In this document: in pieces, positions 28,559-38,047 of the stretch
How positions within the stretch are numbered: the first letter of the stretch is position 1
Layout of the letters: each line of letters opens with the position of its first letter
Source of the DNA: a virus
Strand: one strand, 5' to 3'
Length of the DNA: 64,000 nucleotides
Virus record (IMG/VR): IMGVR_UViG_3300049856_000265
Span: 1-64,000 of that record
The notes under the pieces: model-generated
The model's database searches: none
What the model was told of the DNA's origin: nothing
Seen by the model: the letters and a program-made list of their open reading frames with translations, nothing else
Position numbers and translations under genes: made by a program

Positions 28559-29217
28559 TAAATAGTCTCCGATAAGTTATGAAGTTTTTCAAGCCATTGA
28601 AACGGAGTAAAAGCCGTATGACTTTGGGTTACTTTATTTAGACCATGATGTCGACCAACGGCTAGAGCAATAGCAAGTACATCGGTAATATCATTAGGCA
28701 TTTGACGCACTTTACGGGTAATGTTGCTAGGGATTTCAGAAGGTAGTTTAACTTGTTGAGATACCAAGTTAGCTGTAGGTACTTTGTAATCACGTTTGCC
28801 TGCCGAGTCTTTAACTGCCTTGATACCTAGAATCCCTCGCCAAGTGGTAGCACCGAAGTCTAGATAACCTAGTTTGAATTCATCAGCAGCCATGCAAGCA
28901 AAAGCATTAATAGTAGGGACTACAGCTGAACCCATCATTTGATTTGGATTAGAAAAGAAAGCTTCAGTGATTATTACTTCTGGAGTGCCTTCTAGATCGC
29001 CTTGTGCGAGTAAACGAAGAGTCTGCTGCATATAACGGTATTTCTTACCTTTAGACCAAGAATCTTTAGTCCAGATCATGCCACAAGTTTCAATACCTAC
29101 TTCTTGAAGCTTAAAATCTAAGGTAATAATGCAAAAAGCCATATGACTAGAACTAGGATCAAGTACTAGAATGCGATGTTTGTCAGCTTTAAATAGTTGA
29201 GGAAGAGAATTAGCCAT
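28558..29217 (-). CDS. RuvC-like Holliday junction resolvase
   Basis: RNase H-fold acidic residues: LVLDPS, IITEAFF, NDITDVLAIA. Confidence 0.7.
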   Translation of the reverse strand: MANSLPQLFKADKHRILVLDPSSSHMAFCIITLDFKLQEVGIETCGMIWTKDSWSKGKKYRYMQQTLRLLAQGDLEGTPEVIITEAFFSNPNQMMGSAVVPTINAFACMAADEFKLGYLDFGATTWRGILGIKAVKDSAGKRDYKVPTANLVSQQVKLPSEIPSNITRKVRQMPNDITDVLAIALAVGRHHGLNKVTQSHTAFTPFQWLEKLHNLSETI

Positions 29218-29226
29218 AAAAAAAGC

Positions 29227-29242
29227 GTCACATCCTTGTGAC
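29227..29242 (-). promoter_or_regulatory. CsrA/RsmA-type AGGA hairpin followed by U-tract
   Basis: Minus strand reads GTCACA-AGGA-TGTGAC-GC-T7-ATG. Confidence 0.5.
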
Positions 29243-29249
29243 TTATCTG

Positions 29250-29579
29250 TTATTCCTTAACAGAAGTAGGTTTAAGAACAGTTTGGCGATGTTTACAATC
29301 GCTCTTACTGCAAGAATACAATAGTTTAAAACCCATGTCAATAATAAAGATAGTACTTCCACATTTCACACACTTAGGTTTAGTCTCTTTAACAACTTCT
29401 GGTGTAGCGTAATTTACTGGATTATCTTTATCAGTTAGTTCGGAATACAAGGCTTCATTTTTACGGGTATTCTTTTCAGCTCTAGCTAGCTGCTTCTGAA
29501 GATGTTTTAACTGAGACTTTTGTTGGCGAATAATACCACGTAGGAATTCTACTTCACTGCGCTCTTTGGATTTTGACAA
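29250..29579 (-). CDS. Coiled-coil/zinc-ribbon protein
   Basis: CVKC…CSKSDC. Confidence 0.6.
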   Translation of the reverse strand: MSKSKERSEVEFLRGIIRQQKSQLKHLQKQLARAEKNTRKNEALYSELTDKDNPVNYATPEVVKETKPKCVKCGSTIFIIDMGFKLLYSCSKSDCKHRQTVLKPTSVKE

Positions 29580-30211
29580 TCGAGTTCCTTTATCAGCATG
29601 TAGGTCGTTTCAACATCATATTGGAGTTCTTTAATTGTATAAAGATTCTTAAGTATGAAATCACAATTAGATAAATCAATTTGCTCAGAAGCATGAGTAT
29701 CTGAACTAGCAATGCCGGGGCGCTCAATGCCGATGGTATAACCGCCTAATTCTTTAACTAAAGCTTGCTCATTGCTAAAACGGGCGTCATCACAGATGTA
29801 ATTCTTACCTGCTTTGATTTGGCTTTTGAAAGCATTAAGCCAATAATCTTGGGCAACAGTCTCACGAAATACTTCAGTACCAACTACTTGGAGTAACTGC
29901 CTAGGCGTCATGCAAAGAGTATTGCAAGGATTGTTTATAGCATTAAAAAACTGCTTAGCTGTAATAGGATAGAACTTAGCGCCTGCAATTCGACAAAGGT
30001 CCATTACAGCAACCTTATCTAAGTTAATACTTAGTTCACATTTCTCTTTAGCAACTTGATCCGTCAAAAGAAACATAGGAAGATTAAAAGCTTCGGATAC
30101 GATTTGCTTAAGTGGTCCAGCAAAGCTAAGCCGCTCAAAGCCTTTAGCTTCTAGTATCTTAGCTACAGTAGATTTACCAGATAGTTTCTTACCAGACAAT
30201 GAAATGATCAT
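29549..30211 (-). CDS. Deoxynucleoside monophosphate kinase
   Basis: GKKLSGKST, SFAGPLK, PRQLLQVVGTE, DARFSNE, HASE. Confidence 0.9.
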   Translation of the reverse strand: MIISLSGKKLSGKSTVAKILEAKGFERLSFAGPLKQIVSEAFNLPMFLLTDQVAKEKCELSINLDKVAVMDLCRIAGAKFYPITAKQFFNAINNPCNTLCMTPRQLLQVVGTEVFRETVAQDYWLNAFKSQIKAGKNYICDDARFSNEQALVKELGGYTIGIERPGIASSDTHASEQIDLSNCDFILKNLYTIKELQYDVETTYMLIKELDCQNPKSAVK

Positions 30212-30561
30212 GCGGTCCCCTTTAGTTGAGAATACAACGTTTGAGCCATCTCTGTAAAGCGTAAATGATTCTTACCTAGCCAACTAGCTACGATTTCTTC
30301 TAAGTTATCGACATCCAATCCTATAACGGAATCAAGGTGCAAGTACTTAAAATAAGCATGGGTAAGTTCATGGGCCACTACCTCAAGAGAAAGCTCATCA
30401 TCTCTAAAATCGATCAAGAATTCATTAGGCGAAGTGATAGCTCCTGAATCATCACCGTATAACTTTATATATGGCTTAGTTCTCCAAAGACGACAAGTCC
30501 ATTCATCATTACCTATAATGACTTTTAGGACTACTTTCGGCTTTGCTCTAGTTTTAGGCAT
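30208..30561 (-). CDS. Small HExxH metallopeptidase-like protein
   Basis: VVAHELTHA…EE; start moved to MPKTRAK. Confidence 0.6.
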   Translation of the reverse strand: MPKTRAKPKVVLKVIIGNDEWTCRLWRTKPYIKLYGDDSGAITSPNEFLIDFRDDELSLEVVAHELTHAYFKYLHLDSVIGLDVDNLEEIVASWLGKNHLRFTEMAQTLYSQLKGTA

Positions 30562-30562
30562 A

Positions 30563-31870
30563 TTAGGCTTTCCACTTGCCTTTAATGATATTAATAAGTT
30601 GTCTTGCTCCATTTTCGTAAACTAAACAATGAGTCTGCATCCAAGAACTAGGACCCTTATTGTAGTTTAGTTTAAGATAAGAACTAGTTCCCATAACGTA
30701 GGCTTGTCTAAGAATCTCAGGACTGTGAGTATGGCCACTTACGGAAGCCAGAAAAGCTAATTCAAGAGAAGAGGCAGAACCTCGGCTACCATTAGGCCCC
30801 AAGTGCCCATGCATACCGCATTCAATTTGCTTGGAACTAATCTTAAAAGAATCCTCAGATTGAAGAAACTTTACCTTACTAAGCTTTTGATATTTACTAA
30901 TTCCATATTGCAAAGGATCCTTGCCCTGAGCTTTAGCAAAGGCCAACTCAAGCCCAACAATATGATTTTGTGTATCCCTAAGGTAATTGCCCTCATCTAA
31001 CCATTTATCCAAAAATTCATCATGATTACTCTTAACCACTATTACTTGTTTCTTTGGATATTGCTGTAGATTTGCGAGTTCAATGGCAGTAGCTTGAAGT
31101 TCTCCAGCTAGACTATTTTGAGCACCTAGCATAGCTTTCATTAGTAATTTACGATCAATATGATGATTAACTGAAATTCCATCAAAAAGATCATGCATGA
31201 TTAGATAATCAGGTTTAAGTAGTTTGAGCATTTCTATAGTACAAGTTCGGACTACAGGATCAGTATATCCAACATGCCAATCTCCAGGAATTAAGGCAGC
31301 AAGCTTAGCTTCTGAAGTTTTTCCACTAGGATGATACTCAATTCCAAGATCTACGAAACTTCCAGTTTTAGAAGCCTGAACTTGTCGATAATGGTAAAGC
31401 TTAGAACTCGTTACTTCTACTACAATTGCTCCAATAACTAGATCTAGATTGGCCACAATAGATCGTTTAGAAGTACCTTTAAAAGGTTTACAGCATGTTC
31501 CGGGAGTCATAACTACCCTGGGGAGATTGCTACTAGGAGACGCTATGGACTTTAGGCGCTGCTTAGGTGAACCATAGATAACACTTCGTTCGTTACCGTG
31601 AATTCGCCCAAGCCCTGAAATAGGATCAGGTTGATCTGGGCTAATCGGCAAAGTAGAAAGACTTAGATTATTGTTAAGCAAGACATCTCTACCAATTAAA
31701 TTACCATAGTTTAAGATACTTTCGTCTATCTCAGCTTTTTTAAAAAGTGTAGGAGTACTTATAAATACAACTTCGGCATGCATTCTTTTGCTATAGTTTT
31801 TAATAGCTTCTAGAAATCCTACATGACCCTCACAACCTGGAACAATAGTAGTTATAATATAGCGTTTCAT
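30563..31870 (-). CDS. Calcineurin-like metallophosphoesterase
   Basis: GDWH, HDLFDG, SNHD, MHGH and GHTH motifs. Confidence 0.8.
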   Translation of the reverse strand: MKRYIITTIVPGCEGHVGFLEAIKNYSKRMHAEVVFISTPTLFKKAEIDESILNYGNLIGRDVLLNNNLSLSTLPISPDQPDPISGLGRIHGNERSVIYGSPKQRLKSIASPSSNLPRVVMTPGTCCKPFKGTSKRSIVANLDLVIGAIVVEVTSSKLYHYRQVQASKTGSFVDLGIEYHPSGKTSEAKLAALIPGDWHVGYTDPVVRTCTIEMLKLLKPDYLIMHDLFDGISVNHHIDRKLLMKAMLGAQNSLAGELQATAIELANLQQYPKKQVIVVKSNHDEFLDKWLDEGNYLRDTQNHIVGLELAFAKAQGKDPLQYGISKYQKLSKVKFLQSEDSFKISSKQIECGMHGHLGPNGSRGSASSLELAFLASVSGHTHSPEILRQAYVMGTSSYLKLNYNKGPSSWMQTHCLVYENGARQLINIIKGKWKA

Positions 31871-32298
31871 TTTAGTCTCTTTCTTGTAATAGAGGATCTT
31901 CGACTATTTTCGGACATAGTTACCCATTCCATATTACTAAGTTTGTAGCCTTCATCTGGATTAATCCTGTCAACAGATGGGGCCAACTTTCGATCATAGT
32001 TATTACAAATATATTGATTATATAAGAATACAAAGGAGGGGTGTTTTTCTGCCCAATCATAAAAGGTTTCTTTAGGAAGAAGCGATTTTCCTTCATAAAG
32101 ATGATATTTCTTTTTTTGAATACCTTCTACTCTAGATTTCATATTACGATAAAGTCGCATAAGAAACCCTTTAGGTGTTTTTTCATATTCTTTATCTTTA
32201 TTTGGATTAAGTGCTCTAGCCCGTTTATGATTATGAGGGCCGCAGAGCCCGTGAGAATGTGTCTTTTTACTACAACCTCGCTTTGAGCATATTCCCAT
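31867..32298 (-). CDS. HNH-type homing endonuclease
   Basis: N-terminal Cys/His cluster; PSVDRINPDEGYKLSNMEWVT..EN. Confidence 0.75.
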   Translation of the reverse strand: MGICSKRGCSKKTHSHGLCGPHNHKRARALNPNKDKEYEKTPKGFLMRLYRNMKSRVEGIQKKKYHLYEGKSLLPKETFYDWAEKHPSFVFLYNQYICNNYDRKLAPSVDRINPDEGYKLSNMEWVTMSENSRRSSITRKRLK

Positions 32299-32299
32299 A

Positions 32300-33022
32300 T
32301 TACTTAGTTCCTAGTAAAGAAGCTGTGACATTAGCCGTAGCTTGGGAGCTGCCGCTAAGACAAACTCCAAACATACCACATTGGTTCTTACCTAACGCAT
32401 AATCAGTAACTGGACCTTTAAAGTTGGATAAAGCAAGATCGCTAGCCGCCGCTACATGGAAGTTTTTATTGTGCATTTCATAGCAAGCTGGATAGGTATA
32501 GCAGGATAGTGAAAGGTTATGTGCACTATTCCCCGCAGCTACTACAATTTTAGCACCATTATAAAGAAGAACGTCCATGGCTAGGCGTTCAGCTCCAGAA
32601 TAACTGCCATCTACCAGACTCATATTAACAATGCTTGGATTCATCTTTAAAAGAATGCGCATATATTCCAGCACTCGTGTGTTATAATTATGAGTTTCTG
32701 CATAACTCCTGTTTTCAGCATCATCATGGTACCATTTAATCATAGCTAAGCAGTGGGTTTTATTATTCATCTTTGAAGCAATAATCCCCAATATATTTGT
32801 TCCATGACCATTTACGTCTTGTATACCTTGGCCTGTAACATCAAATTGAAGACCTTTACAAAGGTATGGTTGAATCTTTTTATTATGGACAGGAAGTCCC
32901 GTATCAACAACTGCAACTACTTTACGCGTTTCTACAGGTTCTGCACCAAAGCATTGAAAAGCAAAACTAATCAAAAGAAGAAGCAAGAATTCCCTATAGA
33001 AGTCTTTAAAGAACTGTTTCAT
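32300..33022 (-). CDS. Secreted subtilisin-like (S8) serine protease
   Basis: Triad VVDTG / HGT / SGSSQAT, oxyanion AAGN; N-terminal signal peptide; GAGGTG RBS. Confidence 0.85.
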   Translation of the reverse strand: MKQFFKDFYREFLLLLLISFAFQCFGAEPVETRKVVAVVDTGLPVHNKKIQPYLCKGLQFDVTGQGIQDVNGHGTNILGIIASKMNNKTHCLAMIKWYHDDAENRSYAETHNYNTRVLEYMRILLKMNPSIVNMSLVDGSYSGAERLAMDVLLYNGAKIVVAAGNSAHNLSLSCYTYPACYEMHNKNFHVAAASDLALSNFKGPVTDYALGKNQCGMFGVCLSGSSQATANVTASLLGTK

Positions 33023-33041
33023 AGGCACCTCTACTGTCAGA

Positions 33042-33485
33042 TTATTCTATTGAGTAACTTTTGGCAAGTACAATATTATAACTATGTAGATTAAATGGTA
33101 CAGAATAACTAAAGATCCATCGTTTAAATCCAAGACTAGCTGAATAGACTTTATTTAAAGTATCCACATTGTTATTAATAGAATAGGCATCTACTGTCAT
33201 ATTAGAATAGAAGATACCCTTTTGAAGCTGCATGCCTAAATAAGCAGAAAATAGAGCACTAGGTTTAATAGTAGTTGTGGTATTCTTAGCAAAGTCTATT
33301 AAACCAGTGGCTTGTTTAGTTTGGACATTGTTCTGTTTAGCCGTTTCAATAAAACGATTAATATTATGGAGGATCAGTTGCTTTTTAAAAACAGCAAGAT
33401 TATTACTAGGCCTAGGAGGAACTTGGATAAGTTGCCCATAGGCTATAAAAGGAAAGCATACCAATAGGATTAGTATGCGTCGCAT
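33042..33485 (-). CDS. Exported hypothetical protein
   Basis: Signal peptide MRRILILLVCFPFIAYG; beta-rich C-terminus. Confidence 0.55.
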   Translation of the reverse strand: MRRILILLVCFPFIAYGQLIQVPPRPSNNLAVFKKQLILHNINRFIETAKQNNVQTKQATGLIDFAKNTTTTIKPSALFSAYLGMQLQKGIFYSNMTVDAYSINNNVDTLNKVYSASLGFKRWIFSYSVPFNLHSYNIVLAKSYSIE

Positions 33486-33487
33486 GG

Positions 33488-34414
33488 CTATTCTAGGACT
33501 TCCCCATCATCCGTCATGAAAACACCCCAGTTAGCTTTATTTTCATTCTTATAATCATTGATCGCGCCAGGCTCATTAGCAATAATAGAATTAGGAGTAA
33601 TTACAAAAACACCTTCATTTGAAATACCATTGATGTGATTCTTCTCTACCGCAAGTTTGGATACTAATCCAAAAGTAATATCAATACCGTCTTTAACTGC
33701 CTTGAGCATCTTAGTTTTACGAACTTTAATCACAAGACTTGAGGCATAGTAAATGCCATCGCCGCCATAGGGCGTGTCGGTTGTAGGACCTCCTGGGAAG
33801 GCTGGAGGCGTTTTATAGGAATGGTTAACGAAAACTAAACCTGCGTTAAACTTGCTATTAACTTTACGAGTGTTGTTGATCTTATGGCTCATAATCCGCA
33901 TACGTTCTCGGATCACCTTGGCCGCCTTCATCATAGCACCACCAAGCTCGGAAGTACCATCGTCATTAATCGTAACGGAATCGCGGCTAAGAGTATTACC
34001 AATAGAATCCACGATCAAAAGGATATCAGAAAGAAGTTCACCAGAAGCTTGATCTGAAACGTATTTATCAAGTTTACCAAAAAGATCTTCAAGATATTCA
34101 GCATCATCCAAGATAACATTATCAAGATCAATACCCATACTCTTCATCCGAGAATGATCGACTTTACCTTCGGTAGTAATGAATACTGGAATAACCCCTA
34201 CCGCTTGGGCTTCTTTAGCCAAGTAATATGCTAGACTCGACTTGCCGCCATTGGATGGTCCGTAGAGTTGTACGACATGGCCAAGGGGTAAACCTTGGAG
34301 TCCTGAGATGGCTTGAAGAGCTGGTGTAATAGGAATGATTTTATCTTCTTTAAAAGGAACGCTAGCAACCTTAATAGATTCTTTATACTTTGATAGATCA
34401 AACTTTTTAGCCAT
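33488..34414 (-). CDS. RecA/UvsX-like recombinase
   Basis: Walker A GPSNGGKS, TEG, IVDSIG, VFVNH, GGDGIYYAS, VEKN. Confidence 0.85.
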   Translation of the reverse strand: MAKKFDLSKYKESIKVASVPFKEDKIIPITPALQAISGLQGLPLGHVVQLYGPSNGGKSSLAYYLAKEAQAVGVIPVFITTEGKVDHSRMKSMGIDLDNVILDDAEYLEDLFGKLDKYVSDQASGELLSDILLIVDSIGNTLSRDSVTINDDGTSELGGAMMKAAKVIRERMRIMSHKINNTRKVNSKFNAGLVFVNHSYKTPPAFPGGPTTDTPYGGDGIYYASSLVIKVRKTKMLKAVKDGIDITFGLVSKLAVEKNHINGISNEGVFVITPNSIIANEPGAINDYKNENKANWGVFMTDDGEVLE

Positions 34415-34415
34415 G

Positions 34416-34595
34416 TTACTCCTTGTTACAAGCTGAAATTAGCTGTGTACATTGAAACTTAATATAATCAAGTTCGCTTTCAAAATAGCGTTCTTGTTGT
34501 GCTAGTTTATTATGGGATTGATATAATTTGTTTACTAAATAAACATTGCCTAGGATGCTAAAAAAGAGCAACCCTTTAAGTATATTAAGCTTCAT
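34416..34595 (-). CDS. Small membrane-anchored protein (59 aa, not in ORF track)
   Basis: MKLNILKGLLFFSILGNVYLVNK…ACNKE; follows the promoter directly. Confidence 0.55.
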   Translation of the reverse strand: MKLNILKGLLFFSILGNVYLVNKLYQSHNKLAQQERYFESELDYIKFQCTQLISACNKE

Positions 34596-34602
34596 AACTT
34601 TA

Positions 34603-34631
34603 AGTATACCAAAGAGTAACTAAGCTGTCTA
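34603..34631 (-). promoter_or_regulatory. Sigma70-like promoter TAGACA-17-TATACT
   Basis: Reads on the minus strand; ATG lies 7 nt after the -10 box. Confidence 0.7.
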
Positions 34632-34635
34632 CTAA

Positions 34636-34643
34636 AACAAATA
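34636..34643 (+). promoter_or_regulatory. AACAAATA motif upstream of RNR
   Basis: Divergent intergenic region. Confidence 0.55.
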
Positions 34644-34727
34644 ATGTATAAGAATCTTGAATTAAACCTTTGCGTCTGTTAGCCTGAAAAGGTAATCAAA
34701 CGTTATAATTAAAACTGGAGCAAGCTA

Positions 34728-35687
34728 ATGCTTTTTAGGCCACGGGCGTCCTTTACGCCATTCGAGTATCCGCAACTATTTGAATATTTTACAAAACAAA
34801 ATCAAGCACATTGGCTTTGGACCGAAGTTTCCTTGGCTGGAGATATCGCTGATTGGAATTCCAAGCTTACTGAAACTGAAAAGAATGTAGTAACTGGTAT
34901 TCTTAAAGGTTTTACGCATGTCGAAACTTTAGTGGGAGAATATTGGGGCAACCGAGTATTCAAATGGTTCCCAAAGCCTGAGATTAAAGCTATGTGTTCT
35001 GCGTTTTCCAACATGGAAGCGGTACATGCAAAAGCATATAACTATCTAGCTGAGAGTTTAGGCTTAACTGAGTTCGAGGCTTATGCCAATGAACCTGCCG
35101 CCAAAGCTAAAATCGATCATATTTTGGATACGAATGGCAAGTCGCGTCCAGCCATTGCCAAGTCCTTAGCAGTGTTTAGTGGCTTTACTGAAGGCGTAAA
35201 CCTTTTTAGTAGTTTTGCCGTCCTTCTAAACTTCAGCCGTTTTAATAAACTTAAAGGGGTCGGGCAAATCATTAGCTGGTCTATTCGAGACGAGTCATTA
35301 CATTCGGAAGCCGGGTGCTGGCTATTTAGAATGCTAATCCAAGAGAATCCAGATATCTTAACTGAGGAGTTCAAGAAGGAAATCTATGAAGCTGCACGTT
35401 TGACAGTAAAGCTTGAAGATGACTTTATCGACATGGTATTTAAGACTGGATCTATTGAAGGTTTAGATCCGGTAGACCTTAAGCAGTATATCCGTTATCG
35501 AACTAATGCTAAGTTATCTGACCTAGGTTTTAAAAGCAATTGGAAGCAATTGGATAAAGCTGCGGTGGACCGTATTACTAGCTGGTTTGATATTTTAAGC
35601 TCAGGTCAAATCTTGACCGACTTCTTTGCATTAAAAAGTTCAGAGTATTCTAAAGGCCATGTAAATTGGGATGAGGTTTTTAAATGA
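34728..35687 (+). CDS. nrdB: Ribonucleotide reductase class I beta subunit
   Basis: EAVHAKAY (radical Tyr), FTEGVNLFSSF, RDESLH. Confidence 0.93.
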   Translation: MLFRPRASFTPFEYPQLFEYFTKQNQAHWLWTEVSLAGDIADWNSKLTETEKNVVTGILKGFTHVETLVGEYWGNRVFKWFPKPEIKAMCSAFSNMEAVHAKAYNYLAESLGLTEFEAYANEPAAKAKIDHILDTNGKSRPAIAKSLAVFSGFTEGVNLFSSFAVLLNFSRFNKLKGVGQIISWSIRDESLHSEAGCWLFRMLIQENPDILTEEFKKEIYEAARLTVKLEDDFIDMVFKTGSIEGLDPVDLKQYIRYRTNAKLSDLGFKSNWKQLDKAAVDRITSWFDILSSGQILTDFFALKSSEYSKGHVNWDEVFK

Positions 35688-37369
35688 TTAAAGGGATTGA
35701 TTATCCAAATTGGATGGATGAATCACAAGGACTTAAAACTTTACAAAATGGTTATCTACTTGAAGGCGAAACGGTAAAGCAAGCTTGGGAACGGGTTAGT
35801 AATGCCGCAGCTAAGCAGCTAGGAAAGCCTGAACTAGCTCCTAAGTTCTTTGACATCATTTGGAAAGGTTGGCTTGGACTTGCAAGCCCTGTTTGTTCGA
35901 ATCTTGGATCAGAGCGTGGTCTTCCTATTTCCTGCTATTCTGTCCACATTCCAGATAGCATTGACGGCATTTATAAAACATTACATGAACAAGCTTCTCT
36001 TTCTAAGCAAGGTGGCGGCGTTGGAATATATGCTGGCGATATCCGCGCTCGGGGTATTCCTATTAAGAACGGAGCAAATGGCCATAGTGAAGGCGTAGTT
36101 CCTTGGATGAAGATCTTCGATGTTAGTACTATTGCTACTTCGCAAGGATCAGTACGCCGGGGTGCTTCAGCAGTATATCTTCCAATCGACCATGGGGACA
36201 TTAAAGAGTTCCTGCGCATTAGGCGGCCTGAAGGCGACGTGAATCGCCAATGCTTGAATCTTCATCAAGGAGTTTGCATTACAGATGAGTTTATGCATAA
36301 AGCTTTAGGCGGCGATAAACCTGCTCAAGAACTACTTCTTGAAGTTTATAAAACGCGGCTAGAAACGGGCGAACCCTACATCTTCTTTACAGACAATATT
36401 AATAAGGCTAATCCAGAATGCTACAAGGATAAAGGATTGCATGTAAGTACGAGTAACATCTGTTCTGAAATTGTACTCCATACAGATAATGATCATAGTT
36501 TTGTATGCTGTCTTAGTTCTATGAACTTAACTAAATGGGATGAATGGAAAGATACGGATGCCGTTTATCTAGCTACTTGGTTCTTGGATGCCGTGATGTC
36601 AGAGTTTATTGAAAAAGCTAAGACAATCCCTGGTTTTGAGCGATCTGTGCGCTTTGCTGAGAAGAGCCGCGCTTTGGGTTTAGGCGTCCTAGGATGGCAC
36701 AGCTTGCTTCAATCTGAAGGTACGGCCTTTGACTCATTCCGAGCTAAACTTCTCAATAGAGCGGTGTTTAGCCGCCTTAAAAGCGAAACGGAAAGGGCTA
36801 CGAAGGACTTGGCGGTAGAGTACGGTGAACCAGAATGGTGTGTAGGGCACGGTCGGCGTAATACTCATTTGATGGCCTTAGCTCCTACGGTAAGCAATGC
36901 CACGATCTGCGGCAATGTAAGCCCTAGTATCGAACCTTGGGTAGCCAATGCTTTTGCTAAGAAAACAGCTAAGGGCGTCTTCATCCAGCATAATCAACAA
37001 TTAAAGCTTAAACTAGCTGAATTAGGCCAAGATAGTGACGAAGTTTGGAAGTCTATTGTAAATCATGAAGGATCCGTTCAGCATCTAGACTTTTTGGATA
37101 GTAATACTAAAGATGTATTTAAAACGGCTTTTGAAATTGATCAAAGAGCTATAGTTGAGCAGGCTTGTGAACGTCAGCAGTTTATAGATCAAGCTCAAAG
37201 TCTTAATCTATTCTTTAGTAGCTCAGTGGATCCTAAGTATTTTCATTCCGTCCATGTTCAAGCCTGGAAAGGTGAACTAAAAACACTATACTATGTTCGT
37301 AGTTCTAGTGTTCTTAAAGCTGATCTTTCAAGTCGTGAAGATTCAAAATGTGAGGCTTGCGAAGCTTAA
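35684..37369 (+). CDS. nrdA: Ribonucleotide reductase class I alpha subunit (no ATP cone)
   Basis: PISC, SNICSEI, LAPTVS, DQAQSLN, KTLYY, C-terminal CEAC. Confidence 0.93.
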   Translation: MIKGIDYPNWMDESQGLKTLQNGYLLEGETVKQAWERVSNAAAKQLGKPELAPKFFDIIWKGWLGLASPVCSNLGSERGLPISCYSVHIPDSIDGIYKTLHEQASLSKQGGGVGIYAGDIRARGIPIKNGANGHSEGVVPWMKIFDVSTIATSQGSVRRGASAVYLPIDHGDIKEFLRIRRPEGDVNRQCLNLHQGVCITDEFMHKALGGDKPAQELLLEVYKTRLETGEPYIFFTDNINKANPECYKDKGLHVSTSNICSEIVLHTDNDHSFVCCLSSMNLTKWDEWKDTDAVYLATWFLDAVMSEFIEKAKTIPGFERSVRFAEKSRALGLGVLGWHSLLQSEGTAFDSFRAKLLNRAVFSRLKSETERATKDLAVEYGEPEWCVGHGRRNTHLMALAPTVSNATICGNVSPSIEPWVANAFAKKTAKGVFIQHNQQLKLKLAELGQDSDEVWKSIVNHEGSVQHLDFLDSNTKDVFKTAFEIDQRAIVEQACERQQFIDQAQSLNLFFSSSVDPKYFHSVHVQAWKGELKTLYYVRSSSVLKADLSSREDSKCEACEA

Positions 37370-37373
37370 TTTA

Positions 37374-37383
37374 AACAAATATA
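37374..37383 (+). promoter_or_regulatory. Putative late promoter motif AACAAATATA
   Basis: The motif starts 13 nt before the HNH ATG. Confidence 0.55.
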
Positions 37384-37386
37384 TGT

Positions 37387-38016
37387 ATGAAGTTGAAATG
37401 CAATAAATGTAAAATAGAAAAACCGCTAACCATTGAATTCTTTAAAAAAGGTAAAACTAATAAGTACGGCTTTGCGCCTCAGTGTAAACTCTGTTTAAAC
37501 GCTTATCAAAAAGCACATAGAACTAAAAATAAAACGACAGTAAATGCTAAGCGTCAAGAGCATTATAAAAAAATACCTGATAAAGTAAGAACTTGGGATC
37601 AAAAATCAAAAGCTAATCGCAAAAAACGAATGCAAAATGATTCAGAATATGCAGCTTTTATTCGGAAACAGAATCTGGATCGTAGAAATAAACGGTTTAA
37701 AAATGAACCTAGTTATAAAATAGGGCATGCTCTTAGAACACGCATTAGGAAAGTTCTTAAAAATAGTAAAAAAGTAGGATCAGCGGTTAAATATTTAGGA
37801 TGTTCTTTAAATGAGCTTAAGCACCGTATAGAATCCCTATGGCAACCTGGTATGACTTGGGAAAACTATACAATAGACGGTTGGCATATTGATCATATCA
37901 AACCACTATCTTCATTTAATCTAGAAGATCTAGAACAGTTTAAACAAGCTTGCCATTATACTAATTTACAGCCCCTATGGGCTAAAGACAATTTAAGTAA
38001 ATCTGATAAAGTTTGA
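37387..38016 (+). CDS. HNH homing endonuclease (paralog of 5773..6492)
   Basis: QPGMTWENYTIDGWHIDHI…ACHYTNLQPLWA.DNL.KSDKV. Confidence 0.85.
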   Translation: MKLKCNKCKIEKPLTIEFFKKGKTNKYGFAPQCKLCLNAYQKAHRTKNKTTVNAKRQEHYKKIPDKVRTWDQKSKANRKKRMQNDSEYAAFIRKQNLDRRNKRFKNEPSYKIGHALRTRIRKVLKNSKKVGSAVKYLGCSLNELKHRIESLWQPGMTWENYTIDGWHIDHIKPLSSFNLEDLEQFKQACHYTNLQPLWAKDNLSKSDKV

Positions 38017-38041
38017 CAAGCTTGCGAAGCCTGAGTATACT
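38013..38041 (+). promoter_or_regulatory. Near-consensus sigma70 promoter TTGACA-17-TATACT
   Basis: -35 at 38013-38018, -10 at 38036-38041; predicted +1 about 38048. Confidence 0.85.
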
Positions 38042-38047
38042 GAAAGA

